This document shows, one piece after another, positions 52,351 through 64,000 of a stretch of 64,000 nucleotides of DNA. The stretch lies in NCBI GenBank assembly GCA_951406725.2, contig OX597820.1, positions 70,680,001 to 70,744,000 of the forward strand, given 5' to 3'. Position 1 is the first letter of the stretch, and every line of letters begins with the position of its first letter. This DNA comes from Octopus vulgaris. Taxonomy: Eukaryota. A program made the translations under genes and the position numbers. The notes under the pieces were generated by a model. It did not search any database. It was given only the letters and a program-made list of their open reading frames with translations, and was not told where the DNA came from.

Positions 52351-53389
52351 ATAGATACATACATATATATTTATATATGTATGTATGTATATATATATAT
52401 ATATATTAACACACACATAAATTTATGTGTGTATATATATTTATAAATATATATGTAAGTGTGTGTATATATATATTTATATGTGTGTGTGTGTGTGTGT
52501 GTGCATGTATATATATATATATATATGCACTATGTCAGTATGCATTTATGACTGCGCATGTACGTCTTATACATGCATGCATTAGATACAACATGAAAGC
52601 GTGCGCATGTGTGCATGTGTTGGTTTCTATCTGTGTGTGCGCATGTGTACGCATGTATGTATGCGCCTTTGTCACTCTTGTGCGTGCGCGCGTGCGTGTC
52701 TGTTCGTGTGTGCGCATATTTGCATGTAAGCAAAGGCTAGCATCAGCCACTATTCCTGGTCACAAATGACAAGAGACACAGTCATTTACCAGGCTTTCTA
52801 TACACTCGCATTCGTTCGTGTCACCATTCTTTTATTCTTTTATTCTTTTATTCCAGTAGTCCTATTGCGATATACTTGCAACATTAGTGGGATAATAGCT
52901 TGCATATATTCTATCTTAAACGAACACAATTACATCTGTACAACTATCACCATACTATATCGCCTATAATTGTTGCATGTTTCACTGTTGCCAATAACAA
53001 CTGTTGCTTTTTGCAGCTTAACATCTGCCGCTTCCTCACATATTGGTGCCAGCATTATGCTTTCACGAGTTAAAGAGGCACTACCAGTTTGCATTACGAT
53101 TCCTTGCGCAGGTGCAAGAATAAAGAGATTTAAGTGCTTTGCTGCTACTATAAATTTCGTTTGACTAGTCACAAGCCCAAATAGTTTTATGAATATTTGT
53201 GCGTCTGCGGGAAGTGTGGGGGGAGCATCGTATAATATTTGTGCGTCTGCGGGAAGTGGGGGGGAGCATCGCATAATATTTGTGTGTTTATAGGTATATA
53301 TGTATCTGTATATATTTGTGCGTGAGTGTGTATGCGCATACACAACATGTGAATATATATATATATATATACATATGCATGTATGTGTG

Positions 53390-53479
<90 letters not shown>

Positions 53480-53691
53480 CAGATATATGCACATATGTAT
53501 CTATGCATATAAGTATATATATATATATGTATATACATGTATGTATATATATGAATAAGTGTACATATATGTGTGTGTGTGTATAGGCATATGCATTCAC
53601 ATATGTTTGTATATGTATATATGTACTTGTAAATTTATATGTATGTGTATATATATATATGTATGTATATGTGTATATATATATGTGTACA

Positions 53692-53746
<55 letters not shown>

Positions 53747-53944
53747 TATATATGTATAAGAAGAAAAGTGTTGTATACAGTGCTCAGGTACACTACAACG
53801 AATTACTCAGGTGCACTACATACATACAATACTCAGGTGCACTATATACATATATATAAACGCGTATATTTTCGTGTATGTGTATTTATATACGTATGTA
53901 TAGTTATTTATACGCACGTATACTTAATTGTTTTTGTATACACG

Positions 53945-54360
53945 TAGGCGCAGGAGTGACTGTGTGGTAAGTAGCTTGCTAACCAACCACATGGTTCCGG
54001 GTTCAGTCACACTGCGTGGCATCTTGGGCAAGTGTCTTCCGCTATAGCCTCGGGCCGACCAATGCCTTGTGAGTGGATATGGTAGACGGAAACTGAAAGA
54101 AGACTGTCGTATATATGTATGTGTGTGTGTGTGTGTGTGTGTGTCTGTGTTTGCGTGTCTGTGTTTGTTCCCCTAGCATTGCTTGATAACTGATGCTGGT
54201 GTGTTTACGTCCCCGTCACTTAGCGGTTCAGCAAAAGAGACCGATAGAATAAGTACTGGGCTTACAAAGAATAAGTCCCGGGGTCGATTTGCTCGATTAA
54301 AGGCGGTGCTCCAGCATGGCCGCAGTCAAATGACTGAAACAAGTAAAAGAGTAAAAGAGA
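53945..54360 (+). mobile_element. SINE family A, full length
   Basis: aggcgcaggagtgactgtgtggtaagtagc...gtaaaagagtaaaaga. Confidence 0.92.
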
Positions 54361-54394
54361 GAGAGAATATACGCATATGCATATTGTCTTTTGT

Positions 54395-54840
54395 CTTTTA
54401 CTCATTTCGGTCAATAAGTTGCGGCCATGCTGGGGTATATCCCTGAAGAATGTAGTCGAAAAAAGCGATCCCAGCACTATTTTCTAAACCTGGTATTTAT
54501 TATATCGTTATCTTTTGCCGAACCGCAATATTATAGGGACGTCAACAAACCAACATAGGTTGTCGAGTGATAGTGGGGTACAAACACAAGCGCAAAGACG
54601 CACAAGCATGTGTGTGTGTGTGTGTATGTGTATGAATGTATGTGTGTATATATACATATACACATATTTATATACATATACGACGGTCTCTTTTCAGTTT
54701 CCGTCTGCCAAATGCAATTATAAGGCTTTGGTCATCCTGGAGCTATAGCAGAAGACATTTGCCCTATGTGTCGCGTAGTGCAACTGAACATCGAACGTGT
54801 AGATGGAAAGCAAACTTCTTACCACACAGCCACACAGCCA
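54395..54840 (-). mobile_element. SINE family A, diverged
   Basis: Reverse-complement match; tail-to-tail with the previous copy. Confidence 0.78.
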
Positions 54841-54864
54841 AGCATGCACAGACGCACACAAACT

Positions 54865-55023
<159 letters not shown>

Positions 55024-55369
55024 TATTTTCTTTTCTCTCCTTGTTTTTTCTGTGTACCTTTCTTTAGAAGAGCGTAGGCTCGAAACGTAAAAGACTTTTT
55101 CTATTCCTGAGCGTTATACTAATACATCTGTTTGTTTTGTACACCAACTGTCTTCGTCTTTTGTTTTTTTCGTAAACTTTCCCTATATATATATATATAT
55201 ATATATATCGAGTGAAAAAACGGTATGGACGATTTGTTTTTGTTTTGGAGTCTAGCAATACCATGTACGCCTATGAGGATTTACTTTCCCAATGAAACTC
55301 GGTTTTTTTCTCAAACTTTTTCTCAAACTTGTTATAATGTGATACAAGTCTTTGGTGTGACAATTGTTC

Positions 55370-55462
55370 GCGGCTGAAGAAGGCTTTTGATCTATCTGTT
55401 ATATCAATTATGCATTGATATAAGAATAAGTTGTTCAATAAAGCCCGAAACATATGTACCGC
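55370..55462 (+). ncRNA. Type I hammerhead ribozyme in a short unit (~55208-55505) between (TA)n tracts
   Basis: gcgg-CTGAAGA-aggcttt...ttatatcaat tatgc attgatataa...aaagccc-GAAA-catatg-TA-ccgc. Confidence 0.85.
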
Positions 55463-55509
55463 AAAATCCTTTGCATCCTGTTTTTCATTTGCTTCATTTG
55501 ATACATATA

Positions 55510-55568
<59 letters not shown>

Positions 55569-55784
55569 GCATCGATGCATATATATATGTATATTATATA
55601 TATATACATATATATGCATATATATATGTATATATACATATATATATTTATATATGTGTATATATATATATATGTATATATATGTATATATGTATGTATT
55701 TATGTATGTATGTATGTATGTATGTATGTATGTATGTATGTATGTATGTATGTATGTATGTATGTATGTATATATATGTGTGTA

Positions 55785-56046
55785 TGTGCTTTGATATTTT
55801 GATAGGTTTCGGCCAGAATTGGTCAAGGCCATGTCGGACTTAATAAGAACACCTGGCGAAGTCATTCAAATCAGGAATAGGACAACGTGGCCCACCCGAG
55901 GAGAGAGTTACGGTTTACAGAGACATATCCGGGCGTTGGAGGTTTATCCGGGATTTCTTGAAGCAATTTGTCCAAAGACTTCCTGAACTTTATGAAGTCT
56001 GTTTCTGCTTTAATGTGTTATGGTCTAAAGGTAAAGGAACGGGGCC
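55785..56046 (-). mobile_element. CR1/L2-group LINE 3' end with (CATA)n tail
   Basis: Minus translation GPR...KFRKSLDKLLQEIPDKPPTPGYVSVNRNSLLGW. Confidence 0.65.
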
Positions 56047-56635
56047 AATTTATGCATGTATGTATATGTATATATATATATATATATATCTTCTGGGTTC
56101 ATCCCACTGTGTGGCACCTTAAGCAACTGGTCGATCAAAGTTCTGTGAGAGAACCTGGTACGCAGAATCTGAAAGAAGATCCACACCTCATGTCGCCTCT
56201 TATAGTTGTCTCCCGAGTACCTCTTCTGATTTCGGTCATTTCAGCATGCAGTGACCGTCCGATTGAGACACGTCCGTTCATTCCTCTCTCCACTTTTCCT
56301 CTCCTCGTCGTGTTTCAGTAGAAAAGCGTATACCCAAAACGTAAAAGACTTTTCCCTCTATTTTTCCTGGGCGTGAACCTAATACACTCTGTTTGTTTGA
56401 TTTTTTTACCTCATTTACCTGTTACTTATAGTTTTTGCACCGTATATGTGTGTGTGTTTGTGTGCAATCTTGGTAATAGAGAAACAGTAGCTAAACCAAA
56501 CTGAATTTGAACTGGGAACGAAATGAATGAAACTAATGTTACAATATATTATGTGTGGTGCTGTGCCATTTCAGTTACATATTCTGCCATTCTAATGTCG
56601 TTGTTTCTGGTGGTTGTTGTTGTTGGTGGTGGTGG

Positions 56636-56669
<34 letters not shown>

Positions 56670-56774
56670 CTTCAGACCAGTCCTGATCGAGCAGACCTGG
56701 GACCAAATATTTTCCAACCGTGACTATCTTGTCTATTTTTTCAAACATCTAAAACTACATTTTAAAAAAATCTC

Positions 56775-57000
56775 TTTATTACCCACAGGGGCCTAAACAT
56801 AAAGGGGACAAACAAGGACAGACAAAAGGATTAAGTCGATTACATCGACCACAGTGCATAATTGGTATTTATTTAATCGATTCCGAAAGGATGAAAGGCA
56901 AAGTCGACATGGCCGGAATTTGAACTCAGAACATAACTGCAGACGAAATACCCCTAAGCATTTCGCCCGGCGTGCTAACGATTCTGCCAGCTCGCCGCCC
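56775..57000 (-). mobile_element. SINE family B
   Basis: Near-consensus. Confidence 0.88.
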
Positions 57001-57289
57001 TAAAACTACATTATGAAATATATCCTTTTTTTGGTAAGGCGTGATTTCAGATATTATTTTTAGGAAAATTGGCTACCATTTCTAACAGGTCAGATCGAAT
57101 GACAACTTAGAGTTTTCTTCAGTGCTTGGCTACTTCGGATAAAATACAAAGTCGATTCTAGCGGACTCAGAACGTAAATAACCGACAGTAGTAAGTAATT
57201 ACTGCAAAGAATTCTGTGCGACTCAACCATTTTTGTCGTTTTCCCACTCTATTTACATTGCACACAATAGAAGATTTAAAACAACTGGC

Positions 57290-57598
57290 ACCCCGACGGT
57301 TACGATGATGAGGGTTCCGGTTGATTCGATCAAGGGAACATCGTGCTCGTGAAATTAACGTGCAAGTGGCTGAACACTGCATTGAACACACGTATTCTTA
57401 ACTTAGTTCCGAGGGAGATTCAGAGTGATATGGAATGTGGCAAGGCTGACCCTTTGAAATACAGATACTACTCCTTATTGCAAGATGGGTGGACTGGAGC
57501 AAAGTGTATTGCTCCAGAACACAACATGCCACCAGGAATTGAACTCACGACTTTACGATCGCGAGCCGAATGCCTTGACCACTTAGCCAAGCGTCCTC
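57290..57598 (-). mobile_element. SINE family C
   Basis: Reverse complement of the 46012-46335 type. Confidence 0.78.
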
Positions 57599-58447
57599 AA
57601 TAGTAGATAAAGAAGTGAAATGAGTAGAGCGAAAGAGATGGGGATAAGAGGGAAAAAAAGAGAGAGAAATGGCGATCAAGAAAAAGAGCGTGTGCTTTCT
57701 TCTTACACTGTATTGAAAACGCACGATTTGTTACAGATGGAGCGAAAAATAATACAATTAACTCGGTGATGACGTTACATCTTGTTATTTGCGAAGAAAA
57801 ATATCTCACAAAACCAATAAAACAACAGAGAAACGATATTAACGATAGTTTCTACTATAAAAGGCTATATACTGCAATAAATATATCTGATAATATATAG
57901 ATAAAAATTGATATTGGCAAAATTTCATGATATTAATATCAAAACAATTTTGAAGAGAAGAATATGATAATATAACGTATTCTAATTTATACAGTGAAGC
58001 AGTTATTTGCTTTAATATTGTGATATTACACGAATGAACAGTTTATCTGATGGCAGCCAAGTATTTAATGTTACAAGTACCAATAGTGAAGAGGGTAGCA
58101 GCCTAGTTAATGTAGTAATCTAAGAAATTTTAATTAATCGAAATAACGCCGTTAGTGATAAGAACAATCGTTTTCAAAAGCAGAGACATATTCATTACAA
58201 ATTTTAATGATTTAAAACTGATTAACAAGAAAATGCAGTGAGGTGGGAGTTGGATCTTGATAATAAGGGAGACAGCTACAGATATGTTATATGCAGCCTT
58301 ATTAGATTTCATCTCTGAGGCATAGTCTAGCACAGGTATTGGGTTGTCAAATACGAGATGCTTTCCAGAAATTTTGATACTTTTAATTAAGGAGAGGCAG
58401 TTATAATTGACCTTAGGTTTTTGCAAATTTAATATATCATTAGTATG

Positions 58448-58686
58448 CAGTAATCCCTCGCCATATCGCGGTTCACTTATCGCGGTTCACCTACCGTGGT
58501 TTATCATTTAAGCTTATGTCGATTCCTCTGCGGTGTTGTTTTGCATTTATAATAAAATAAATATATATAAATTATAAAGATAATTTTGAAAAAAATATAC
58601 AGTACAGTACTGTTTCTACTTCGCAGATTTTCACCTATCGCGGTGATTTTTGGAACGTAACACCCGCGATATTCGCGGGATTACTA
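58448..58686. mobile_element. Tigger/pogo-type MITE
   Basis: TIR cagtaatccctcg / cgcgggattacta; homologous to 32262-32478. Confidence 0.82.
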
Positions 58687-58789
58687 TACATTTAATGAGC
58701 AAATCTACCAACCCTGCTATTCCAGATTGAAGGAGACGATTGTAACAACATTTTGAGGGTACTTTACTAGATACTGTTTGTCATAGCCG

Positions 58790-59410
58790 ACTAGTTAGAA
58801 GAATGCAATCGGAACGGCTGGAAGCACACTTTGTAATAAAGTTTTTGCGTTAAACTGGGCAAAAAAAGTTACAGAAACTTATGAAGTACTCCAGAATGCT
58901 TATGGATTAACCTTTTTGCTGGTTCAAGAGATTCAAAGATGGTAGAAGGGAAATAAGGGACGATTAGTTATGAGAGGGAGGCCAGAATATCAGAGCTGGT
59001 CGAGAGAATTCGCAATTTTCTGAATGAAGTCCGTCGTGTATCTATAAAGACAATAAACATACCGTTTCGAGTTGGTGTAGCAACTGTACACAGAATTATC
59101 CATGAAGATCTGAACAGGCACAAAATTAGGGCAAAGTTTGTTCCGAGAGTGCCTAGTGACGAGCATCCTTGTAATCAACAAGTTAACAGAAATGGGCATC
59201 AAAACTATCTTCCTCCCTGAAATTTTTGGTTATTTCCTAAGTTGAAGAACCTCTAAGGCAGTCGTTTGAAAAACTTTAAGGAGGCTCTGACAGAAATTCT
59301 GAACGCCTTCACGATGGAGGGCTCCCGTGGGCCTTCACGAAGGGGTTAGCGGGCTACAACAAGTGCACTGAAGTCAGAAAATCCTACGTTGAAAGGGATT
59401 AGTGTTTTAG
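58790..59410 (+). mobile_element. mariner transposase remnant with internal deletions
   Basis: VIKF...VTETYEVLQNAYG...WFKRFKDGR; VHRIIHEDL...AKFVPR; FPKLK. Confidence 0.75.
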
Positions 59411-59411
59411 T

Positions 59412-59745
59412 GAAGGCGCGTGGCTCAGTGATTAGAGCGTCGAGCTTACGACCGTGAGGTTGTAAGTTCGAATCCCGGACCGGGCTGCGTGTTGTGTTCT
59501 TGAGCAGGACGCTTTATTTCACGTTGCTCCAGTTCAATCAGCTGTAGAAATGAGTTGCGACGTCACAAGTGCCAAGCTGTATCGGCCCCTTTGCCTTTCC
59601 CTTGGATAACACTGTTGGCGTGGAGAGGGGAGGCCGGTATGCATGGGCAACTGCTGGTCTTCCATAACAACTTTGCCCGGACTTGTGCCTGGGAGGGTAA
59701 CTTTCTAGGTGCAATCCCACAGTCAGTCATGACCGAAGGGGTTCT
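59412..59745 (+). mobile_element. SINE family C, well preserved (tRNA-like head plus CORE-like domain)
   Basis: ggcgcgtggctcagtgattagagcg...gttcgaatcccgg A/B boxes, then gttgtgttcttgagcaggacgctttatttcacgttgctcc. Confidence 0.88.
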
Positions 59746-61479
59746 CAGTGTTTTATACTTGTTTGAGTTAATAGTTATATCCTCCGAGAGTGTATAAAAA
59801 CTTCTGAAATGCACCTTGTAAATTCGTTCTTTTAACTCTTTTCAATGTTCTTTTTTATATGTTCATCTTTTTTTATTTATCTATCCATTTATTTATTTCT
59901 AGCTCTGTTCTTCTTCCACAAATTTTCTTTATATCGTTTTTAAAATTTGAATGAATTTTACTTTTTTGAAAACATATGATGATGAAGTGCCAAGTAGAGA
60001 AAAACGAATTTAATTGACAACCAAAGACTTTAATGAAGGAACACTTAATTGCGTCTAAATTACAAAATGAATTTAATAAAGAACCAATATTAGTACTGTT
60101 TCTCATTACTTCTTCCTTCAATTTTTCTTGTAATGAAGAATAACATGATAGCAGACGACGTTTTGGGATCGGTTCTGAATATAAAGACAAATTCTTCTAT
60201 GATGATTTGCATGTTTATTCTTAACATGTTCCGGCAATTTGGAACGTATATATGCAATTCGCTGTTGTGTTCGTCACTAGAGAACAGCTTCTCCTTTACG
60301 ACGGCTGCCGTCAGAACACACTTGTATCATAAATACTAGGGATTCTGGGACACCGGTGTATCATCATATTGTGTCTCATCGGTCAGAAGTACCCGGACCA
60401 ATGAAACTAACAAGTGCCGACTTCCAGTGAACAAACTGTTCACAGATCCGCGATGATATCTACCAACTGTTGATAAACCTCCTTTGTTAATCTAATATCT
60501 CAGATTATGTTCTTTTGTAAGTTTGAATTTCCTTTTTTTATATAGCTCGATCAGGAGGAAAGAGTTGTGCCCATGGCTTTTTAATCATAAGAGTGTTCGA
60601 TCTGAAAGGATTAAATATAGCATTTTACTATACTTAGTCCTTTCTAAATACAATAAATTCACGTGGTGTGTTGGTTAAGGTGTGCGTTGGTCTTACGATC
60701 GTAAGACCATGTGTTCTGTTGGTGGATACATTGATACGTTAAGTCCATGAGCAAAGTAATTCAGTTCACGTTGCCCTAGTCTACTCAGCCAAAACTGAGT
60801 GTCCGTCTTATACTAGTGCAGTTCTCCCTTCCTCTACATATATCTTCGGTATCACGCTCGGTCAAAGACCGAGACAGTGTCTATCTACTGGCGATTATAT
60901 TGATGCATAAAACCCACGACTGGCACAAATTGCCAACCCATACTCGCTTGTGAGGAAATGCTTGGATTTGAATACAGAAAATAGCTTTGCTGTAATTAGC
61001 TGAATCCGCCAGAGCCGAGACCTTGCTTTTCATCCTTCCGGGGCCAGTGGCACAAATACTAATCAAGTATTGATGTCAAATAATCGATGTTACTTGTGAT
61101 AGCGAACCAATAACACATGTGTGGTTTGTGACACCCGGACGAATTTTTAGGTGACATGCAATGAACTTTGAAAGGGAACAGGAACAATCTCCCAGCAGTC
61201 TCATACTATACAAAGAGAATGTGCTATTTGGCAGAGAATCTTAAAAAGTTTATGTCCAGACACACACACATGCCTACACACACATACACACATACACACA
61301 TATATATATACATACATACATATACATGCACATATATATATATATATGTGCATGTATATATCAAGTCTATTTTAAAAGATATATAGTTATAAAGCTAGAA
61401 GCTTAATTAAAGATAACATGAAATTTTAAGAAATACGTACAGTTGTAAATTGTAAAACATAACTGTCACCATCACTGCA

Positions 61480-61524
61480 TGAACCTGAAGATTGCATATT
61501 TTAATGAATGAAGGTACTAGTTTA
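61480..61524 (+). ncRNA. Minimal hammerhead (GAAG variant, probably impaired)
   Basis: tgaac-CTGAAGA-ttgcat...atgaat-GAAG-gtac-TA-gttta. Confidence 0.6.
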
Positions 61525-61738
61525 ATCAGAATGAACATTTAATATTCTATCATTTCATTATATTATAATATATTATTATAAGATTGTAAATAAAATGTGA
61601 AAATCAAAGTTGGAATTTCTTTGAATAATATATATATATATAGTGGATATCTTAATTATATTTAATTTATATAAATTTTTTATGTATTGGATTAAGTCTT
61701 TCTTTGTTTGATTTGCATAATAGTGGTTTTGTCTCTAA

Positions 61739-61804
<66 letters not shown>

Positions 61805-62021
61805 TTAGAGACAAAACCACTATTATGCAAATCAAACAAAGAAAGACTTAATCCAATACATAAAAAATTTTATATAAATCAAATATAATTAAGATATCCA
61901 CTATATATATATATATATTATTCAAAGAAATTCCAACTTTGATTTTCACATTTTATTTACAATCTTATAATAATATATTATAATATAATGAAATGATAGA
62001 ATATTAAATGTTCATTCTGAT

Positions 62022-62066
62022 TAAACTAGTACTTTCATTCATTAAACTATGCAATCTTCAGGTTCA
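62022..62066 (-). ncRNA. Minimal hammerhead
   Basis: tgaac-CTGAAGA-ttgcat agttta atgaat-GAAA-gtac-TA-gttta; palindromic stem III AGTACT. Confidence 0.72.
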
Positions 62067-62344
62067 TGCAGTGGTGGTGACAGTTATGTTTTACAATTTA
62101 CAACTGTACGTATTTCTTAAAATTTCATGTTATCTTTAATTAAGCTTCTAGCTTTATAACTATATATCTTTTAAAATAGATTTGATTCGGTTTCTCCGAG
62201 GTATTCGTCACTAAGGAAATCAAATCATGTCGAAACGCAGTGTATGACGATCCACTGGTAATCTGAGTAAAGCTTTGTGTTTTTAACGCATAAGTCACAT
62301 TGATAAATTTTCTCTGGGGCGAAATATTACAGCCAGTGCCATTC

Positions 62345-63012
62345 GACGCCTGTATAAACATAAATATTCACGTTTTAAAGTTATCTCTAAAGATTTCCTA
62401 TAGAATTTAGAGCGAACTCTGAAATTTACGACGTTTCATATGTGAATACGTCTATGTAAACAAAGTGACTGAAGATAGAAAAATATGCAATAGGTGTATA
62501 TACACATTTCAATAGTTATTGCTCCTTCTTCAGCACCACAATTTATCAATTACCTACGAACACACATCTTAAATAGCCAACTAAATTTTGTGATGTTACA
62601 CAACTGGTTATACCAATTTTACATATTAGACATATTCCTTCTAAATTGTACGTGCACATCAATTACTGGTAGGGGCGCTGTATTCTGCTATGCAACCATA
62701 ATATACTATAAAGTATATTAAAGGCTCATAATTCAATACCGTGTTCCACCTGTGTTAGCAGTGCTATTCAGTTACTTTATAAAGTTATCTGTATAGATTT
62801 TCTATTGAAATTAGAGCAGCTCAGAAAGTCACAACATACGTATACGAATATGCATAAACACCCATTACCTATTTTTCTATCTTCCATCACATTGTTAATA
62901 TAGACGTATTCGTATATGAAACGTCTTAACTGTTAGTGTTGGCTCTAATTTCTAGAGAAAATCTAGAGATAATTTAAAAAAGTGATTGAATTGCAGTGCT
63001 AATACGGGTGTC
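62345..63012. mobile_element. Old fold-back/MITE-like element with ~150-bp diverged TIRs
   Basis: gacgtttcatatgtgaatacgtctat...gaagatagaaaaata vs tatttttctatcttc...atagacgtattcgtatatgaaacgtc; similarity extends outward. Confidence 0.65.
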
Positions 63013-63929
63013 TTATATTCACTTATATTCTTTTAATACATTTGGTAGTTAATATGTTTGCTTAACGAAATACGGTATCCCAACCAGCAATTAATTCAAA
63101 TATTATGCACGCCGTCATTTTAAAGTAGTTTTCGGTCAAGAAATGAATATATCACAGTAAAGATTGTCGTAGAACAAGATGTAAACTTCCGGATAGCACT
63201 GTAGAGGTAACACCCCGGAGATTGCGCCATTCTATTTTGATTTATGGGTTGAATAGCATCGCAAGTATTGCTGCTAATGCCTTTATGCAATTTGTTTCCT
63301 TCCCAAGAGCATTAGCCTCGTAAATAGCTTTCCCACTGTCTCAATTGAATATTATAAAGCTTTTAGTCTCCAGTAGCCACCTCAGTAACCGCAATACAAA
63401 AACAAAATAGAAAAGAGAAACTGATAAATGAACATGACACAGCCTGATTTCCATTTTACTCCAAATTGGAAACATTGTGATTATATCGATCTGTCTTTAT
63501 TTATCTCATGGGAGCGTTCATGTACATTGAATAAACAGAGATGATACACATTGAGTAAATTGATGTTGTTTTTCATTATTTGCAGCATCACTCAACGAGC
63601 TATTAACGCTTTATCTTCTCAAGACAAACTGAGTATTTACTATAAATCATGAAATACAAAACCCTTACTGTCGATTCTTAGGAATTCAATAGCGGTGACT
63701 CTTCGCTTAAAAGCTGATCAGTACTAATCGGGTAAACATTTTGTTCAAAGACATTCCAGCCGTGAACACCTCGTCTTTTTTTGTGCAGTGTATCTCGACC
63801 TTCATTGTCTTATTTTTCGACAGTAGTGTGTGAGTGGAAGAAGATTTCGGTCGCCATTTGTAGCAGGTTCATCAGCCATGTTGGTTCGTATAGAGTAACG
63901 TGTTGAAATGACTAGACTTACTCGGAGCA

Positions 63930-64000
63930 TACACTCTTTTACTCTTTTAATTGTTTCAGACATTTGACTGTGGCCATGCTGGAGCACCGCCTTTAATCGA
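63930..64000 (-). mobile_element. SINE family A tail
   Basis: actcttttactctttta...ggccatgctggagcaccgccttta. Confidence 0.85.

Larger units (their letters stand above)
61361..62185. mobile_element. Near-perfect palindrome of pLTR-like arms centred on (TA)n
   Basis: Arms ~61361-61748 and ~61796-62185 differ at about five positions by eye; each carries a hammerhead pointing inward. Confidence 0.92.

Noticed and set aside
59412-59485. tRNA gene with an ACG-like loop
   Set aside because: Acceptor stem does not close and it runs into a SINE body repeated elsewhere; it is a SINE head
59873-60620. Possible host exon on the minus strand (acceptor-like ctttcag near 60602; 105-aa ORF)
   Set aside because: All frames after the acceptor stop quickly and no protein is recognisable; needs RNA-seq

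Overview
AT-rich, microsatellite-dense eukaryotic DNA. The three dominant tRNA-derived SINE families look like those of Octopus (coleoid cephalopod); this assignment is recognition from memory, not a database result. I recognise no host protein-coding gene, and most listed ORFs are artefacts of (TA)n/(TACA)n/(TAA)n repeats. The window consists of SINEs and decayed transposons: R4/Dong-like, RTE and CR1-like LINE fragments, Penelope-like (GIY-YIG) retroelement fragments, Tc1, mariner, Tigger, hAT and Helitron-like remnants, and one GC-richer DNA transposase of uncertain class. Three things stand out. (1) About 11 readable type I hammerhead ribozyme motifs, plus about 5 decayed ones, lie in short Penelope-like pLTR units that mostly abut (TA)n tracts. 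Several units form long palindromes, including a near-perfect ~825-bp palindrome centred on (TA)n, and some ribozymes have core variants (U3-A8, C4, U-U closing stem II). (2) An elongator tRNA-Met(CAT) gene carries a 21-nt canonical intron. (3) A 14-copy in-frame 33-bp minisatellite amplifies the HTH segment of a Tigger transposase. Coordinates were read by hand; repeat boundaries are approximate.
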